Source: Armatimonadota bacterium (GTDB lineage Bacteria; Armatimonadota; UBA5829). Taken from it: DNA of 64,000 bases. Shown here one piece after another: positions 10,591-21,134 of the stretch. The translations under genes were made by a program, and so were the position numbers. The stretch's first letter is position 1. Each line of letters opens with the position of its first letter. The stretch is taken from the NCBI GenBank assembly GCA_039679645.1, contig JBDKUO010000049.1, positions 431-64,430 of the forward strand, in the 5' to 3' direction. Below the pieces are notes generated by a model that worked only from the letters and a program-made list of their open reading frames with translations, made no database searches and had not been told where the DNA came from.

Positions 10591-10836
10591 ATGAAAGCAC
10601 AAGTCTATTACCTGTTGGGAATTGTTATCATCGGCTACGGCCTGCGTATAATTTCAAAAGGTTATGCGGCAAAGTCCAAGCCCAGGATGCTGCTTGGACT
10701 GGCTATCGTGCCGGTCGGGGTTTCGCAGTTTTTCAGGACCATATCGTGGCTTGCGACATCGCTTATATTGCTGGGTGTCGTAATTTTTGTAGCAAGTCTT
10801 TTTCTTTTGAGAAAGGAATCCAGGCGCATTCGTTAG
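10591..10836 (+). CDS. Small hydrophobic membrane protein (81 aa), translationally coupled to carA (ATGTGAtATG)
   Basis: Two to three predicted TM helices; AT-rich; no family recognised. Confidence 0.5.
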   Translation: MKAQVYYLLGIVIIGYGLRIISKGYAAKSKPRMLLGLAIVPVGVSQFFRTISWLATSLILLGVVIFVASLFLLRKESRRIR

Positions 10837-10869
10837 TTCTAGTCTTACAATTCAATTGGAGGCAGCAAA

Positions 10870-11415
10870 ATGAGTGGGATTGCGTTGTTTAGTGTTATTG
10901 CATGGGTTATTGCGGGACTATGTGTTTTGACAGTCGTTGTTATTTCGTTTCTACAAAAGCGTCGAACAGGCAGATGGCCTCAAATTGTTTCGAGAGGTTG
11001 CGATAATGATTCAAGTTGGTTTTCCGTATTCTATATGGTGTGGTTTATTGTACAGTTAAACACTCCACATGCATTTTTACACCGTTTACCCTTAAATATA
11101 GTAATACCTGCTATTGATCTCGCTTTATTTGTATCTTTTGCTATTTTAGCGGCATATGCGTTCAGATGGGCATTTAGATCTGAATGGCATTGGAAAACAG
11201 GACTCTGGATAAGCTATATGTCATTGTTTCCGGCACTATCTGCTATTTTAGTTGTTGGTGACATCGAAACAAATATCTCGACTCCGTGGATTTGGACATT
11301 TGTAGTATTACTAGCTATCTTCATAACGCCTCAGTTTTCGCGGCTAGCCTATGTGGAGTATTTTGCAAAAAGATTTGGTTCGATAGCTAACCGGCAACCG
11401 TCAACTGATAAATGA
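10870..11415 (+). CDS. Integral membrane protein (181 aa, 4-5 TM), unknown function
   Basis: Hydrophobic helices; RBS ggagg 8 nt upstream; AT-rich insert between carA and carB. Confidence 0.55.
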   Translation: MSGIALFSVIAWVIAGLCVLTVVVISFLQKRRTGRWPQIVSRGCDNDSSWFSVFYMVWFIVQLNTPHAFLHRLPLNIVIPAIDLALFVSFAILAAYAFRWAFRSEWHWKTGLWISYMSLFPALSAILVVGDIETNISTPWIWTFVVLLAIFITPQFSRLAYVEYFAKRFGSIANRQPSTDK

Positions 11416-11434
11416 AAAACCGAAAGAGAGTAGT

Positions 11435-14400
11435 ATGCCGAAACGTAAGGATCTAAAAAAAGTAATGGTAGTAGGCTCCGGGCCGATTATAATCGGTCAG
11501 GCGGCTGAGTTTGATTATGCGGGGACGCAGGCCTGCAAGGCTCTGCGCGAGGAGGGAATATCAGTAATCCTCCTCAACTCCAACCCAGCAACGATCATGA
11601 CCGATGTGGATGTGGCGGACAAGGTCTATATCGAGCCGATAAACGTGGAGTTTGCGACCCGGATAATCGAGCAGGAGCGCCCGGACGGCCTTTTACCCAC
11701 ACTCGGCGGCCAGACCGGCTTGAACCTGGCAGTGGAACTGGCTAATGCAGGCATACTTGATAAATATAATGTTGAGCTTCTAGGCACGCCATTAAAAGCT
11801 ATTATGGATGCAGAGGACCGCGAACTGTTTCGTACGCTCATGCGCAATATCAACGAGCCTGTCCCTGAGAGCTGGATCGTGGAGAGGCGTGAGCAGCTTC
11901 AGGATATAATCGACTCCAACCCTCCCTGGCCGCTTATCGTTCGACCGGCATACACACTCGGCGGCACAGGCGGAGGAGTAGCATATAATGCTGAGGAGCT
12001 TCTTGAGATAGGATCGCGCGGGCTTAAGCTCTCACTTAAGAGCCAGGTTATGATCGAGCGATGCCTGCTGGGTTGGAAAGAGGTAGAGTATGAAGTGATG
12101 CGCGATGCAAATGACACCTGTATCACCATCTGCTCTATGGAAAACTTCGACCCGATGGGCATTCACACAGGCGACTCGATTGTAGTCGCGCCCATGCAGA
12201 CCCTGACCGACAAAGAGTTTCAGATGCTGCGGTCGGCCTCACTCAAGATCATACGCGCACTGAAGATTGAGGGCGGATGCAACGTTCAGCTCGCTATGAA
12301 CCCGAACGGCTTTGAATATTTCGTGATTGAAGTCAACCCCAGGGTCAGCCGGTCGTCAGCGCTTGCTTCCAAGGCCACTGGTTACCCGATTGCGCGAGTT
12401 GCCGCAAAGATAGCAACCGGCCTGCACCTCGATGAGATTCCAAACGCAGTCACCGGCAAGACCAAAGCCGCGTTTGAGCCGACAATCGACTATATCGTCG
12501 CCAAAATCCCGCGCTGGCCGTTTGATAAGTTTTACCAGGCGGACCGCACAGTCGGCACTCAGATGAAAGCTACCGGCGAGGTTATGTCTATCGACCGTAC
12601 CTTCGAGGCAGCCATTATGAAGGCCGTTCGGTCTCTGGAGATCGGCCTGCACTGGCTCAAACTCAAGAATGCCGATGAGATAACCGACTCGCAGATCGAA
12701 CAAGGATTGATAAAAGCAACTGACGAGAGATTGTTCTTAATAGCTGAAGCTCTTCGGAGGGGTTGGAGTATCGAGAAGATTTGCGAGCTTTCAAACGTGG
12801 ACCGCTGGTTCATCTCAAAACTTAAAAATATAACCGACATGGAAGCCGAGCTTGCAAGCAGGGCAGGGGAGGTCAAAGCGCTTGCATCCGGCAGAATTGC
12901 GACTGAGCCCGGCGCTCTCGATCTGCTGGGGCGCGCAAAAGCCATGCGTTTTCCCGACAAGATCATAAGCCAGCTTACCGATGCAAACGAGACTCAACTG
13001 CGCTGGATTCAAAAGAAGCAGGGCATGCTGCCGACGTATAAGATGGTCGACACCTGCGCCGCCGAGTTCGAAGCTGAGACACCGTATTTTTACTCGACTC
13101 ATGAGCGGGAAGATGAGACAGGTACCGAACTAGGACTGAGAACAAACAGCTCAGTGGAGGGTTTTGCAATCCAGCACCCAACACCCGACACCCAACACCC
13201 AAAGAAGCCGAAGGCTATCGTCATAGGTTCCGGTCCGATCAGGATCGGCCAGGGTGTCGAGTTCGACTACTGCAGCGTACACTCAGCATGGGCTCTGCGG
13301 GATGCCGGCTATGAGTCGATTATTATTAACAACAACCCTGAGACTGTTTCGACTGATTTCGATACATCCGATCGCCTCTATTTCGAGCCTCTCACGCTTG
13401 AGGACGTATTGAATATTATCGAATATGAACAGCCGGATGGTGTGATACTTCAATTTGGCGGTCAGACTGCGATTAACCTCGCGAAGCCTCTCAACGCGGC
13501 TGGTATACCGATTTTGGGCAGCGATTTCAAATCAATCGACCTTGCCGAGGACCGCGACCAGTTCGAGCGCATTCTTCGCGAGCTGGACATACCAAAGCCT
13601 GCAGGCCGCGCGGTCTACGGTATTGAAGAAGCTCTGCTGGTTGCACGAGAAATCAAATTCCCTGTATTGGTCCGCCCGAGCTATGTCCTCGGCGGCAGGG
13701 CGATGGAGATAGTATATACAGAGCCGGAGCTGCGTACCTACGCTCAATACGCCATGGATATCAGCCCGGACCCCGACGCTCCAATTCTGATCGACAAATA
13801 TGTGCTCGGCAAAGAGGTCGAGGTGGATGTGATCGCCGATGGTGAGGACTGCCTGATACCGGGTATTATGGAGCACATCGAGCGCGCAGGTGTCCACTCG
13901 GGTGACAGCATGGCCGTCTGCCCGCCGCAGACACTCTCACAGAATGTCATAGATCAGATCATATCGCATGCAATCAAGATTGCAAAGGCTCTTGACGTGC
14001 GCGGTCTGATGAATATCCAGTTTGTAATTGACGACGAAGAGGTCCAAATCATAGAGGTCAACCCTCGCGCCAGCCGTACAGTGCCTTATCTGTCTAAGAT
14101 AACCGGCGTTCCGATGATTCATGTTGCTACCAATGTCGTTCTGGGTAAGAGCCTTGCCGAGCAGGGCTACAAAACGGGTCTATACAGGCAGCAGCCGAGC
14201 CTTGCGGTAAAGGCTCCGGTATTTAGCTTCCAGAAACTCACTGAGGTCGACGTTTCGCTCGGTCCTGAGATGAAATCGACAGGTGAGATCATGGGAATCG
14301 ATATGGACTTCTCTCGCGCACTCTATAAGGCAATGGTCGCATGTAACCTCGACGCTCCGATAGCCGGTAAGATGATTGCAACCATCGCCGACCAGGACAA

Positions 14401-14779
14401 AGAAGAGGCTCTGCCTATCATTCGCGAGTTCGTCGATCTGGGCTATGAAGTGTATGCAACCGAGGGCACCGCGCGATATTTGAGCATGAACGGCGTTGGC
14501 TGCACAGAGGTCAGGAAGATCAATGACGAGCAGTCTTTGAACCTGATGCAGCTTATCGTACAGAACAAAGTCGATCTGCTCATCAATACTGCTTCAAAAG
14601 ATAAAAAGATCGAGCAGGAAGCGGCCATGATACGAAAAGCCAGTGTCCAGCGCTCTATTCCGTGCATTACATCACTGGATACGGCCAAGGCTCTTCTCTT
14701 TGCACTGCGCTCTAAACAGCGCGGCGAAAAGGCTGCATGCTTGCCGGTGGACCAGTATTTGATGGGCGCTCGCGTATAG
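11435..14779 (+). CDS. carB: Carbamoyl-phosphate synthase large subunit (1114 aa, with extended inter-half linker)
   Basis: Duplicated ATP-grasp halves ([15 protein letters not shown]..., [18 protein letters not shown]...), MGS-like C-terminus. Confidence 0.95.
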   Translation: MPKRKDLKKVMVVGSGPIIIGQAAEFDYAGTQACKALREEGISVILLNSNPATIMTDVDVADKVYIEPINVEFATRIIEQERPDGLLPTLGGQTGLNLAVELANAGILDKYNVELLGTPLKAIMDAEDRELFRTLMRNINEPVPESWIVERREQLQDIIDSNPPWPLIVRPAYTLGGTGGGVAYNAEELLEIGSRGLKLSLKSQVMIERCLLGWKEVEYEVMRDANDTCITICSMENFDPMGIHTGDSIVVAPMQTLTDKEFQMLRSASLKIIRALKIEGGCNVQLAMNPNGFEYFVIEVNPRVSRSSALASKATGYPIARVAAKIATGLHLDEIPNAVTGKTKAAFEPTIDYIVAKIPRWPFDKFYQADRTVGTQMKATGEVMSIDRTFEAAIMKAVRSLEIGLHWLKLKNADEITDSQIEQGLIKATDERLFLIAEALRRGWSIEKICELSNVDRWFISKLKNITDMEAELASRAGEVKALASGRIATEPGALDLLGRAKAMRFPDKIISQLTDANETQLRWIQKKQGMLPTYKMVDTCAAEFEAETPYFYSTHEREDETGTELGLRTNSSVEGFAIQHPTPDTQHPKKPKAIVIGSGPIRIGQGVEFDYCSVHSAWALRDAGYESIIINNNPETVSTDFDTSDRLYFEPLTLEDVLNIIEYEQPDGVILQFGGQTAINLAKPLNAAGIPILGSDFKSIDLAEDRDQFERILRELDIPKPAGRAVYGIEEALLVAREIKFPVLVRPSYVLGGRAMEIVYTEPELRTYAQYAMDISPDPDAPILIDKYVLGKEVEVDVIADGEDCLIPGIMEHIERAGVHSGDSMAVCPPQTLSQNVIDQIISHAIKIAKALDVRGLMNIQFVIDDEEVQIIEVNPRASRTVPYLSKITGVPMIHVATNVVLGKSLAEQGYKTGLYRQQPSLAVKAPVFSFQKLTEVDVSLGPEMKSTGEIMGIDMDFSRALYKAMVACNLDAPIAGKMIATIADQDKEEALPIIREFVDLGYEVYATEGTARYLSMNGVGCTEVRKINDEQSLNLMQLIVQNKVDLLINTASKDKKIEQEAAMIRKASVQRSIPCITSLDTAKALLFALRSKQRGEKAACLPVDQYLMGARV

Positions 14780-14800
14780 CTTTAGTAATGTGGTGATATA

Positions 14801-14995
14801 ATGAAAGTGCGCGATGTCCTGAAAGTATTGGAAGAGGATGGTTGGTTTGTTGTGCGAACCCGCGGCAGTCATCGCGTGATGAAACATAATGTTAAGCAAG
14901 GAATTGTGGTAGTCCCAGGTCATATGTCTGATGAAATTGCACTTGGAACACTTAAGAGCATACGTGACCAAGCGCAACTAAGAGGAAAACTATGA
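14801..14995 (+). CDS. hicA: HicA family toxin (mRNA interferase)
   Basis: 64 aa; LEEDGWFVVRTRGSHRVMKH motif typical of HicA/YcfA; 4-nt ATGA overlap with hicB. Confidence 0.8.
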   Translation: MKVRDVLKVLEEDGWFVVRTRGSHRVMKHNVKQGIVVVPGHMSDEIALGTLKSIRDQAQLRGKL

Positions 14996-15207
14996 AAGAA
15001 TACACCGTTATATATGAGCAAGCCGGAAACAACTATTCTGCTTATGTGCCGGACCTGCCTGGCTGTGTAACGACTGGTGCTACTCTGGAAGAAACGCAGG
15101 CGAATATGCGTGAAGCCATAGAGCTATATATTGAAGCTCTTCAAGAGGATGGCAAGCCTGTTCCTGAGCCGACTACAAAAGCCGGGCCTATTTCTGTTGC
15201 TGCATAA
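14992..15207 (+). CDS. hicB: HicB family antitoxin (UPF0150)
   Basis: YSAYVPDLPGCVTTGATLEETQANMREAIELYIE signature. Confidence 0.75.
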   Translation: MKEYTVIYEQAGNNYSAYVPDLPGCVTTGATLEETQANMREAIELYIEALQEDGKPVPEPTTKAGPISVAA

Positions 15208-15570
15208 TTACTAGACCTTGGGATAATCGTGTCGAAGAATGAGATAGCGTAGCTTTGTGTGCATCCTACAGAGTGACTCCATAAGATCAGTGGAGCATTT
15301 TCGACCTCCGGGTGCTCGCTTTTTTGCGCGAATGCTTATAAGACCGCTCCGGAGCCGTGGTTGGCCTCGCAGTATCCACATGTAAAATACACGCTACAAG
15401 TGCGAAACTATGGCGCTGAGCAAACGACTGCCAGCCCCGGTCATTAGCCCATCCACGTCCATCGTGATTTATTCCGGTCCTGAACTACTTCTACAACCGG
15501 TGATTGCCTTCCTGCCAATGTGTTTTCTCAGAACTTGAGTATTGGGTAACAACTCACAAGCAGAAAGGCC

Positions 15571-16917
15571 TTGTATGATATGAACCCAGACCGCATCAGA
15601 AAACTCAATTCGTTCACGGCAAGACCGGGCCCTGTGGTCTACTGGATGAGCCGCGACCAGCGCGTCGCGGACAATTGGGCGCTGCTCTTTGCACAGGAGT
15701 TGGCTGAAGATCAGTCAGTTCCGGTTGCGGTCGTGTTTTGCCTGGTTCCCACATTCGGCGATGCCACAATCAGACAGTATACATTTATGCTCAAGGGTCT
15801 GAGAGAAGTTGAGTCACGCCTGGATGGGTATGGAATCCCATTTTTTCTACTCAGCGGCTCACCTAAGGATAAACTACCTGCATTTATTAAAGAAAGGGAT
15901 GCCGGTGCGCTGGTGACCGACTTCGATCCGCTGCACATAAAGCGCGAATGGGAAGATCAAGTGATAAGCGCGATCGATATTCCGGCGTATGAGGTGGACG
16001 CGCACAATATTGTTCCCTGCTGGGCCGCATCTCCGAAGCAGGAATATGGCGCTTATACGTTTCGCCCAAAGGTGCAGCGTCTTCTGCCTGAGTTCCTCGA
16101 CGATTTTCCACCAGTCACCCGGCATCCAATAAGATGGAATTACCCGGTAAGGCAGACAGATTGGAGGGCGGTGGAGCGCTCACTTACTGTCGGCCGCAGC
16201 GTGCCGGAGGTTAAGTGGATCGATCCGGGTGAGGATGCGGCAGCAAAAGTGCTTCGGCAGTTCATTGATTACAAGCTGGCTGATTATCCTCTGCGTAGAA
16301 ATGATCCGACACAAGACGGCCAGTCTAACCTCTCGCCATATCTGCACTTTGGTCAAATCTCGGCGCAGAGAATTGTGCTGGAGATAAATCGATCGGGAAT
16401 AAGCGCTGCGGAGTATTTGGAGGAGTTGATTGTGCGTCGGGAGCTTTCGGATAATTTCTGTTTCTATAACACCGCGTACGATTCTACTGGCTGCTTTCCA
16501 GACTGGGCGCGCCGAACCCTTGATGAGCACAAATACGATCCTAGACCAGAGATATACTCTATTGGTGAACTAGAGCAGGCAAAGACGCACGACCGGTTAT
16601 GGAACGCATGCCAGATGGAGATGGTGAGGCGCGGCAAGATGCACGGTTATATGCGCATGTACTGGGCGAAAAAGATACTCGAGTGGACTCCAACGTACGA
16701 AGATGCAATGCGCGCATGCATTTATCTTAATGATCGGTACGAACTCGACGGCAGGGACCCAAACGGCTACACGGGAATAGCATGGAGCATCGGCGGCGTG
16801 CATGACAGGGCTTGGAAATCGAGGCCGATATTCGGCAAGGTCCGATATATGAGCTATGATGGATGCACAAGGAAATTTGATACGGCCAAATACATCCAAA
16901 TAATGCGTGACGCATAG
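15571..16917 (+). CDS. phr: Class II CPD deoxyribodipyrimidine photolyase
   Basis: VVYWMSRDQRVADNWAL N-terminal class-II signature, FAD-binding C-terminal half. Confidence 0.8.
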   Translation: MYDMNPDRIRKLNSFTARPGPVVYWMSRDQRVADNWALLFAQELAEDQSVPVAVVFCLVPTFGDATIRQYTFMLKGLREVESRLDGYGIPFFLLSGSPKDKLPAFIKERDAGALVTDFDPLHIKREWEDQVISAIDIPAYEVDAHNIVPCWAASPKQEYGAYTFRPKVQRLLPEFLDDFPPVTRHPIRWNYPVRQTDWRAVERSLTVGRSVPEVKWIDPGEDAAAKVLRQFIDYKLADYPLRRNDPTQDGQSNLSPYLHFGQISAQRIVLEINRSGISAAEYLEELIVRRELSDNFCFYNTAYDSTGCFPDWARRTLDEHKYDPRPEIYSIGELEQAKTHDRLWNACQMEMVRRGKMHGYMRMYWAKKILEWTPTYEDAMRACIYLNDRYELDGRDPNGYTGIAWSIGGVHDRAWKSRPIFGKVRYMSYDGCTRKFDTAKYIQIMRDA

Positions 16918-16953
16918 CCGCGCACACTTCAAACCATCAGGCCATCAAACTCT

Positions 16954-18798
16954 CTAACCAACAGTCACTTCTACCTGATGCTCGCACCCGTCGGCGAAGA
17001 AGGGCAGCATATTACCCAGCACAGGCTCTCCATCAACAATCATGGATACGCCCTTTTCGGTCTGTGTCGCCGACTGTTTTATGTGGATGTTGTAGGTGTC
17101 GCCTCTGAATCGCCTGACGACCATACACTCAAACCATGACTGAGGCAGATCAGGCTTGATGACAAGCCCTTCATATGTCGCGGTAATGCCGAATACATTT
17201 TCGACAAGTGATGAATATACGGCACGCATTGTCCCGGCATCATCCTTCTCACCGCTGGCTTGTAGTGAGCATTCCATGTCAGAGAGGGTAGGGCATATGG
17301 ACTGTAGATATCGAATACGCCTGGGCAGGCTTCGTTCTTCGGGTAGTTCTTTTTGCTGTTCGTCATTTCGATCCGTAATCTTTTCGAGCAGAGCAGTAAA
17401 CTCATCACTCGGCCTGATAAATGACCACAGCCTCAGCGCCTGCTCCAGAGTCTTGCGATCCTGAACGGATTCGAGAGGGCCGTTGGCGCACTTTCTCATT
17501 GCTCTTTCACAGTGTTCGCCGAGGGTCATAACCAGCCCATCCTTAAACGCCACAGTCTGCGATAGCACGCCTATATTTCCTGTCTCAGCGACATAGCTCG
17601 CCGCGCAAATCGCCAGCGAGAGCATCTCACCGGCAGATAAGTTGATCTGCGAGAAGTCATCCGGGTGATAATTGCCCGCGATTGAGAACCTTCCGGCGAA
17701 GCTGATCATTACCTGGCGGAACAAATATGCCGCGTTAGCTCCTATCGGAAGATAGCGCATCATTTCATTTGCGGGGTCAGGCGTTTGCTGCATTGCGCAT
17801 TCGGTATATGTTTCATACGGCAGCCATGTGTTTACTAACGAATCGAGCGCTTTGTCCTGAGTCTCAACTATCATAGATGAGGTGAGCTTGTACCAATATT
17901 CCCGCGAGGACTTGATCGCATCCACGACCGCTTCTGTTTTGCTCAATGACCGTGCAATCTCTGCGGCCTCATCAGCGCTCTTTGCCGCGCCAAAGCAGAA
18001 CCCGAATTCAGCTTCGCCCTCTATGGGGACTTCTATATCAATCGAGAGTCCTGCAACGGGCTTTACCGCGATTCCGTCTTCTGACTCATCTGTCTCTACT
18101 TCGAGCGCAATGGGGTTGGATGCCGATCTTTCGCTGCCGATGAACTCCGATTTTTCAATCGGGCACATTACGGCCGGCAGAGTGCTTGCGTGGAAGAGCA
18201 CAAGGTTGGACAAGTCGCTTGAGTTCCTCGCGCGGTCTATAGACTCCAAAGGACGTCGCATCAGGATTGTCCTGTCCTGATTGAGATACCGCACCTCGAG
18301 CGGCGAAACGGCTGCAGGTTCCACATAGGTGACAAACCTGAGGTTGCGGACCTGCGCGGAGAGGTTTTCCAATCGCACATGCCATACTTCACAGGGCTGC
18401 CCTGGTGAAACGGCTATGGTGAGCGTGCATGCAATCTTGTCTTTTAGACAATAGGCCTGCACTTGTCCCGGCGAAAAGCGGACCTCATATTCATCCGTTC
18501 CCGAACATACCGGATTGTAAAAGCCCGACCAGAAGCTACCGCCCTCGGTGTCTTTGATATAGCAGGCCTTGGCGTTTGTCAGAAGAGTTTTACCGAGGTG
18601 ACTTTTTTCAGCGCCGCATGGGGCTGCTTCGATGGAATAATTAGAGCCGGGGCAGCACAGCAATCCTCCGAAGGGAGTTATGCCGCCTGTCCGGCTTACC
18701 ACATATGCATTATCTTCAGCGAACTTGCCGGCAGCATATACAATCTGCGCTCCGACATTTTTTCCGGGACGAATGATCATTTCAGGCATCTCACGCAT
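16954..18798 (-). CDS. GH94-like glycoside phosphorylase paralogue (short, 614 aa)
   Basis: C-terminal RFRGDTYNIHIKQ...VDGEPV parallels FRGATYEIEVKNP...IDGRII of the GH94 gene at window end; (alpha/alpha)6-like middle region. Confidence 0.55.
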   Translation of the reverse strand: MREMPEMIIRPGKNVGAQIVYAAGKFAEDNAYVVSRTGGITPFGGLLCCPGSNYSIEAAPCGAEKSHLGKTLLTNAKACYIKDTEGGSFWSGFYNPVCSGTDEYEVRFSPGQVQAYCLKDKIACTLTIAVSPGQPCEVWHVRLENLSAQVRNLRFVTYVEPAAVSPLEVRYLNQDRTILMRRPLESIDRARNSSDLSNLVLFHASTLPAVMCPIEKSEFIGSERSASNPIALEVETDESEDGIAVKPVAGLSIDIEVPIEGEAEFGFCFGAAKSADEAAEIARSLSKTEAVVDAIKSSREYWYKLTSSMIVETQDKALDSLVNTWLPYETYTECAMQQTPDPANEMMRYLPIGANAAYLFRQVMISFAGRFSIAGNYHPDDFSQINLSAGEMLSLAICAASYVAETGNIGVLSQTVAFKDGLVMTLGEHCERAMRKCANGPLESVQDRKTLEQALRLWSFIRPSDEFTALLEKITDRNDEQQKELPEERSLPRRIRYLQSICPTLSDMECSLQASGEKDDAGTMRAVYSSLVENVFGITATYEGLVIKPDLPQSWFECMVVRRFRGDTYNIHIKQSATQTEKGVSMIVDGEPVLGNMLPFFADGCEHQVEVTVG

Positions 18799-18930
18799 TC
18801 ACCACTCATACATTGATAGTATTTTAAGTATCGGTAAATACGCGCCCCTGCTTTATCCCGAATAGTAATCATCAATACATAAGATCTGGCGCGATATCTG
18901 ATCGTGCCCGCATATAAATTTTGGTAACTT

Positions 18931-18961
18931 TATACCTCCAGGTATCCTGCCTGGAGGTATA
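18931..18961. terminator. 12-bp perfect palindrome tatacctccagg/cctggaggtata (CCTCCAGGTA family R7) 10 nt downstream of GH31 stop; terminator-like
   Basis: Seen in sequence; related palindromes at 58621-58691 and half-site 51524-51537. Confidence 0.45.
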
Positions 18962-18970
18962 AGCAAGACT

Positions 18971-21133
18971 TCAGCCAATATTTACGACTGATCTCTTTCC
19001 AAAAGGCACCCGATCCACTTCATTTGAGTTCCCGTTTTTATGGACTATGACCCTAATCGTCTTGCATTCGCTCGTATAATCGCCCCGTGCCTCTCCGATC
19101 TCGACCCGGCTCTCGGTCATGCATATAGGCACTGAGATATACTCACCCCTTTGATAATTAGTGGTAACCCCGTCATCATCGTATATAGTAATAGACCCAT
19201 TACCCGGATATACATGAAGCTCAATTTCATCCACAGGCTTCTCGCCTACAAATCTCATTGCCTGCGCCATAGGAATAATGCCGCCTGCCTTTACGAAAAC
19301 CGGTATTGTGTCGAGCGGAGTCTCGCGTGTGATCTTGCAATTGCCGTCATAAACTACGTCGGTCCAGAAATCGGTCCATTTGCCTTCGGGCAGATATACA
19401 TCCCTGCTCGACCCGCTTTCAACCGGCGCGATCAACATGCTTTCACCGAACATGAACTGATCATCTACCTCATACGTCAAGCTGTCTGTCGGGTAATCCA
19501 TTACCAGCGCTCTGACAATCGGCAGCCCGGTCATGCACATCCGGTAGAACGAGCTGTAAATATACGGCAGCAGCCTCATCCTGAGCTTAGCGAAGTCCCT
19601 GAATATCTTCTCAGGTTCCTCACCGAGCTTCCAAGGCTGCAGCGATTCGTCACCCGCCCACGCGTTTATCATCGCAAGAGGCGAGAAGAACATATTCTGC
19701 GCCCGCCTTATGAACTCTTCGTCAGACTTTGCCTCTCTGAGTTCCGGGCACCATAAGAATCCCGAGAATCCTGATGTCGCCTGTGCTCTGATATACTGAT
19801 TGAGTTGATAGTAGTCGCTGTAAATGCACGATGGATGCGCCTGCCCGCCCGCGAATGTTGCTCTGAGCAGGAAGTATGTCCGCATTCCCAGCTTCTCGAA
19901 CATCTCATGAAACGCCCGGCTGTATAGAAAGCCCGTAAGGTTGTGCATCCCAGAGCCGGTCAGCCCCGACGGAAACTGCGTATCGTCCGGGTAGAACCAC
20001 GGCGGAGTATAGTCGGACCCGTCGCACTCATCCAGCTTATAGCCGTCTATGCCGATCTCGATATGCTCGGCTATATGCTGTTTTGCGAAGATATTACGCG
20101 TCTCTTGAAATGTAAAGTCAGGCACTGCGCCGCCCATTGCTTTCTTATCAGCAAGCAGCCCTTTCTTTTTTAGTTCATCATAGAACGGCGCGTCTTCATG
20201 CACCCACTCGTGCTCCCATAGGTTTACGTGAAAGCCATTGTCGCGCATCCATTTTACGTATTCCTTGGGGTCGGGATAATACTCCTTGTTCCAGACATAA
20301 GTGCATGGGTATGTATGAGTCTGCCATTTCGGCTCCAGCCCGATCACATCGCATGGTATATCACGGTCACGAAACTCTTTGGCGCTCTCGATTGTCTGAT
20401 CAGCTTTCCATTCACTCGGCATTCTGTACCAGAATCCAAGTCCCCACTTAGCGGGCATTTTCAGCCTGCCCCTGAGCAGAGTCTGAAGCTCTGATATTCT
20501 CCTGAACGACGGCCCATAGATAAAGAAGTAATCGAGCGTCTTTTCCGGCGCGCTGAAAGTGTATTCATCGGGCCGGCTCCAGCACATATCGAAGTTCGAG
20601 TAACCATAGCTGTTGAGAAAAAGCCCATAACCGCGCGTGCTGTAGAAGAACGGATCGGGCGCATGCGCATTACCGCTGTCTGCAGGGGGATCGGCATTGG
20701 TCTTGATCGTGCGCAGCTTGCCCCGCTGATCCAGACTGTGAAACTGCAGACCAAAACCGAAAAAATGCTCATCCTCTCCCGATGCATTTTTACTGCCGCA
20801 ATATTGATCGTTCCACCAGGGCGTGCTGCCGGTGAGCTTGGTTCCCTCAGCGCTACAGAACTCGATCCTGGCCGTGTCCTTATGTATTTTTACCTGAACC
20901 TTGCTCGTCGAAATCTCCGCATGATCGCTGGCCGATGTTGCGATAAGGCTCACCGGCTCCCAGTTGCGCTGCGCAATCGCATAACCCTCGGGCGCAGGGT
21001 TGGCGCGTTTCGGCCCCACCTGCACCCGTATTATGTCGTCGGTATAGGCCGTGACCTTAATCCATCCGTTATCGTAGTCCATGGCGAGCACATTGCCGCT
21101 GCACTCGGCGCTCTTGAAATTAATAAGCTGCAT
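18971..21133 (-). CDS. Glycoside hydrolase family 31 (alpha-glucosidase/alpha-xylosidase-like)
   Basis: Catalytic region GIDGYKLDECDGSD, WGLGFWY, N-terminal beta-sandwich; SD agggg upstream. Confidence 0.85.
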   Translation of the reverse strand: MQLINFKSAECSGNVLAMDYDNGWIKVTAYTDDIIRVQVGPKRANPAPEGYAIAQRNWEPVSLIATSASDHAEISTSKVQVKIHKDTARIEFCSAEGTKLTGSTPWWNDQYCGSKNASGEDEHFFGFGLQFHSLDQRGKLRTIKTNADPPADSGNAHAPDPFFYSTRGYGLFLNSYGYSNFDMCWSRPDEYTFSAPEKTLDYFFIYGPSFRRISELQTLLRGRLKMPAKWGLGFWYRMPSEWKADQTIESAKEFRDRDIPCDVIGLEPKWQTHTYPCTYVWNKEYYPDPKEYVKWMRDNGFHVNLWEHEWVHEDAPFYDELKKKGLLADKKAMGGAVPDFTFQETRNIFAKQHIAEHIEIGIDGYKLDECDGSDYTPPWFYPDDTQFPSGLTGSGMHNLTGFLYSRAFHEMFEKLGMRTYFLLRATFAGGQAHPSCIYSDYYQLNQYIRAQATSGFSGFLWCPELREAKSDEEFIRRAQNMFFSPLAMINAWAGDESLQPWKLGEEPEKIFRDFAKLRMRLLPYIYSSFYRMCMTGLPIVRALVMDYPTDSLTYEVDDQFMFGESMLIAPVESGSSRDVYLPEGKWTDFWTDVVYDGNCKITRETPLDTIPVFVKAGGIIPMAQAMRFVGEKPVDEIELHVYPGNGSITIYDDDGVTTNYQRGEYISVPICMTESRVEIGEARGDYTSECKTIRVIVHKNGNSNEVDRVPFGKRSVVNIG

Positions 21134-21134
21134 T

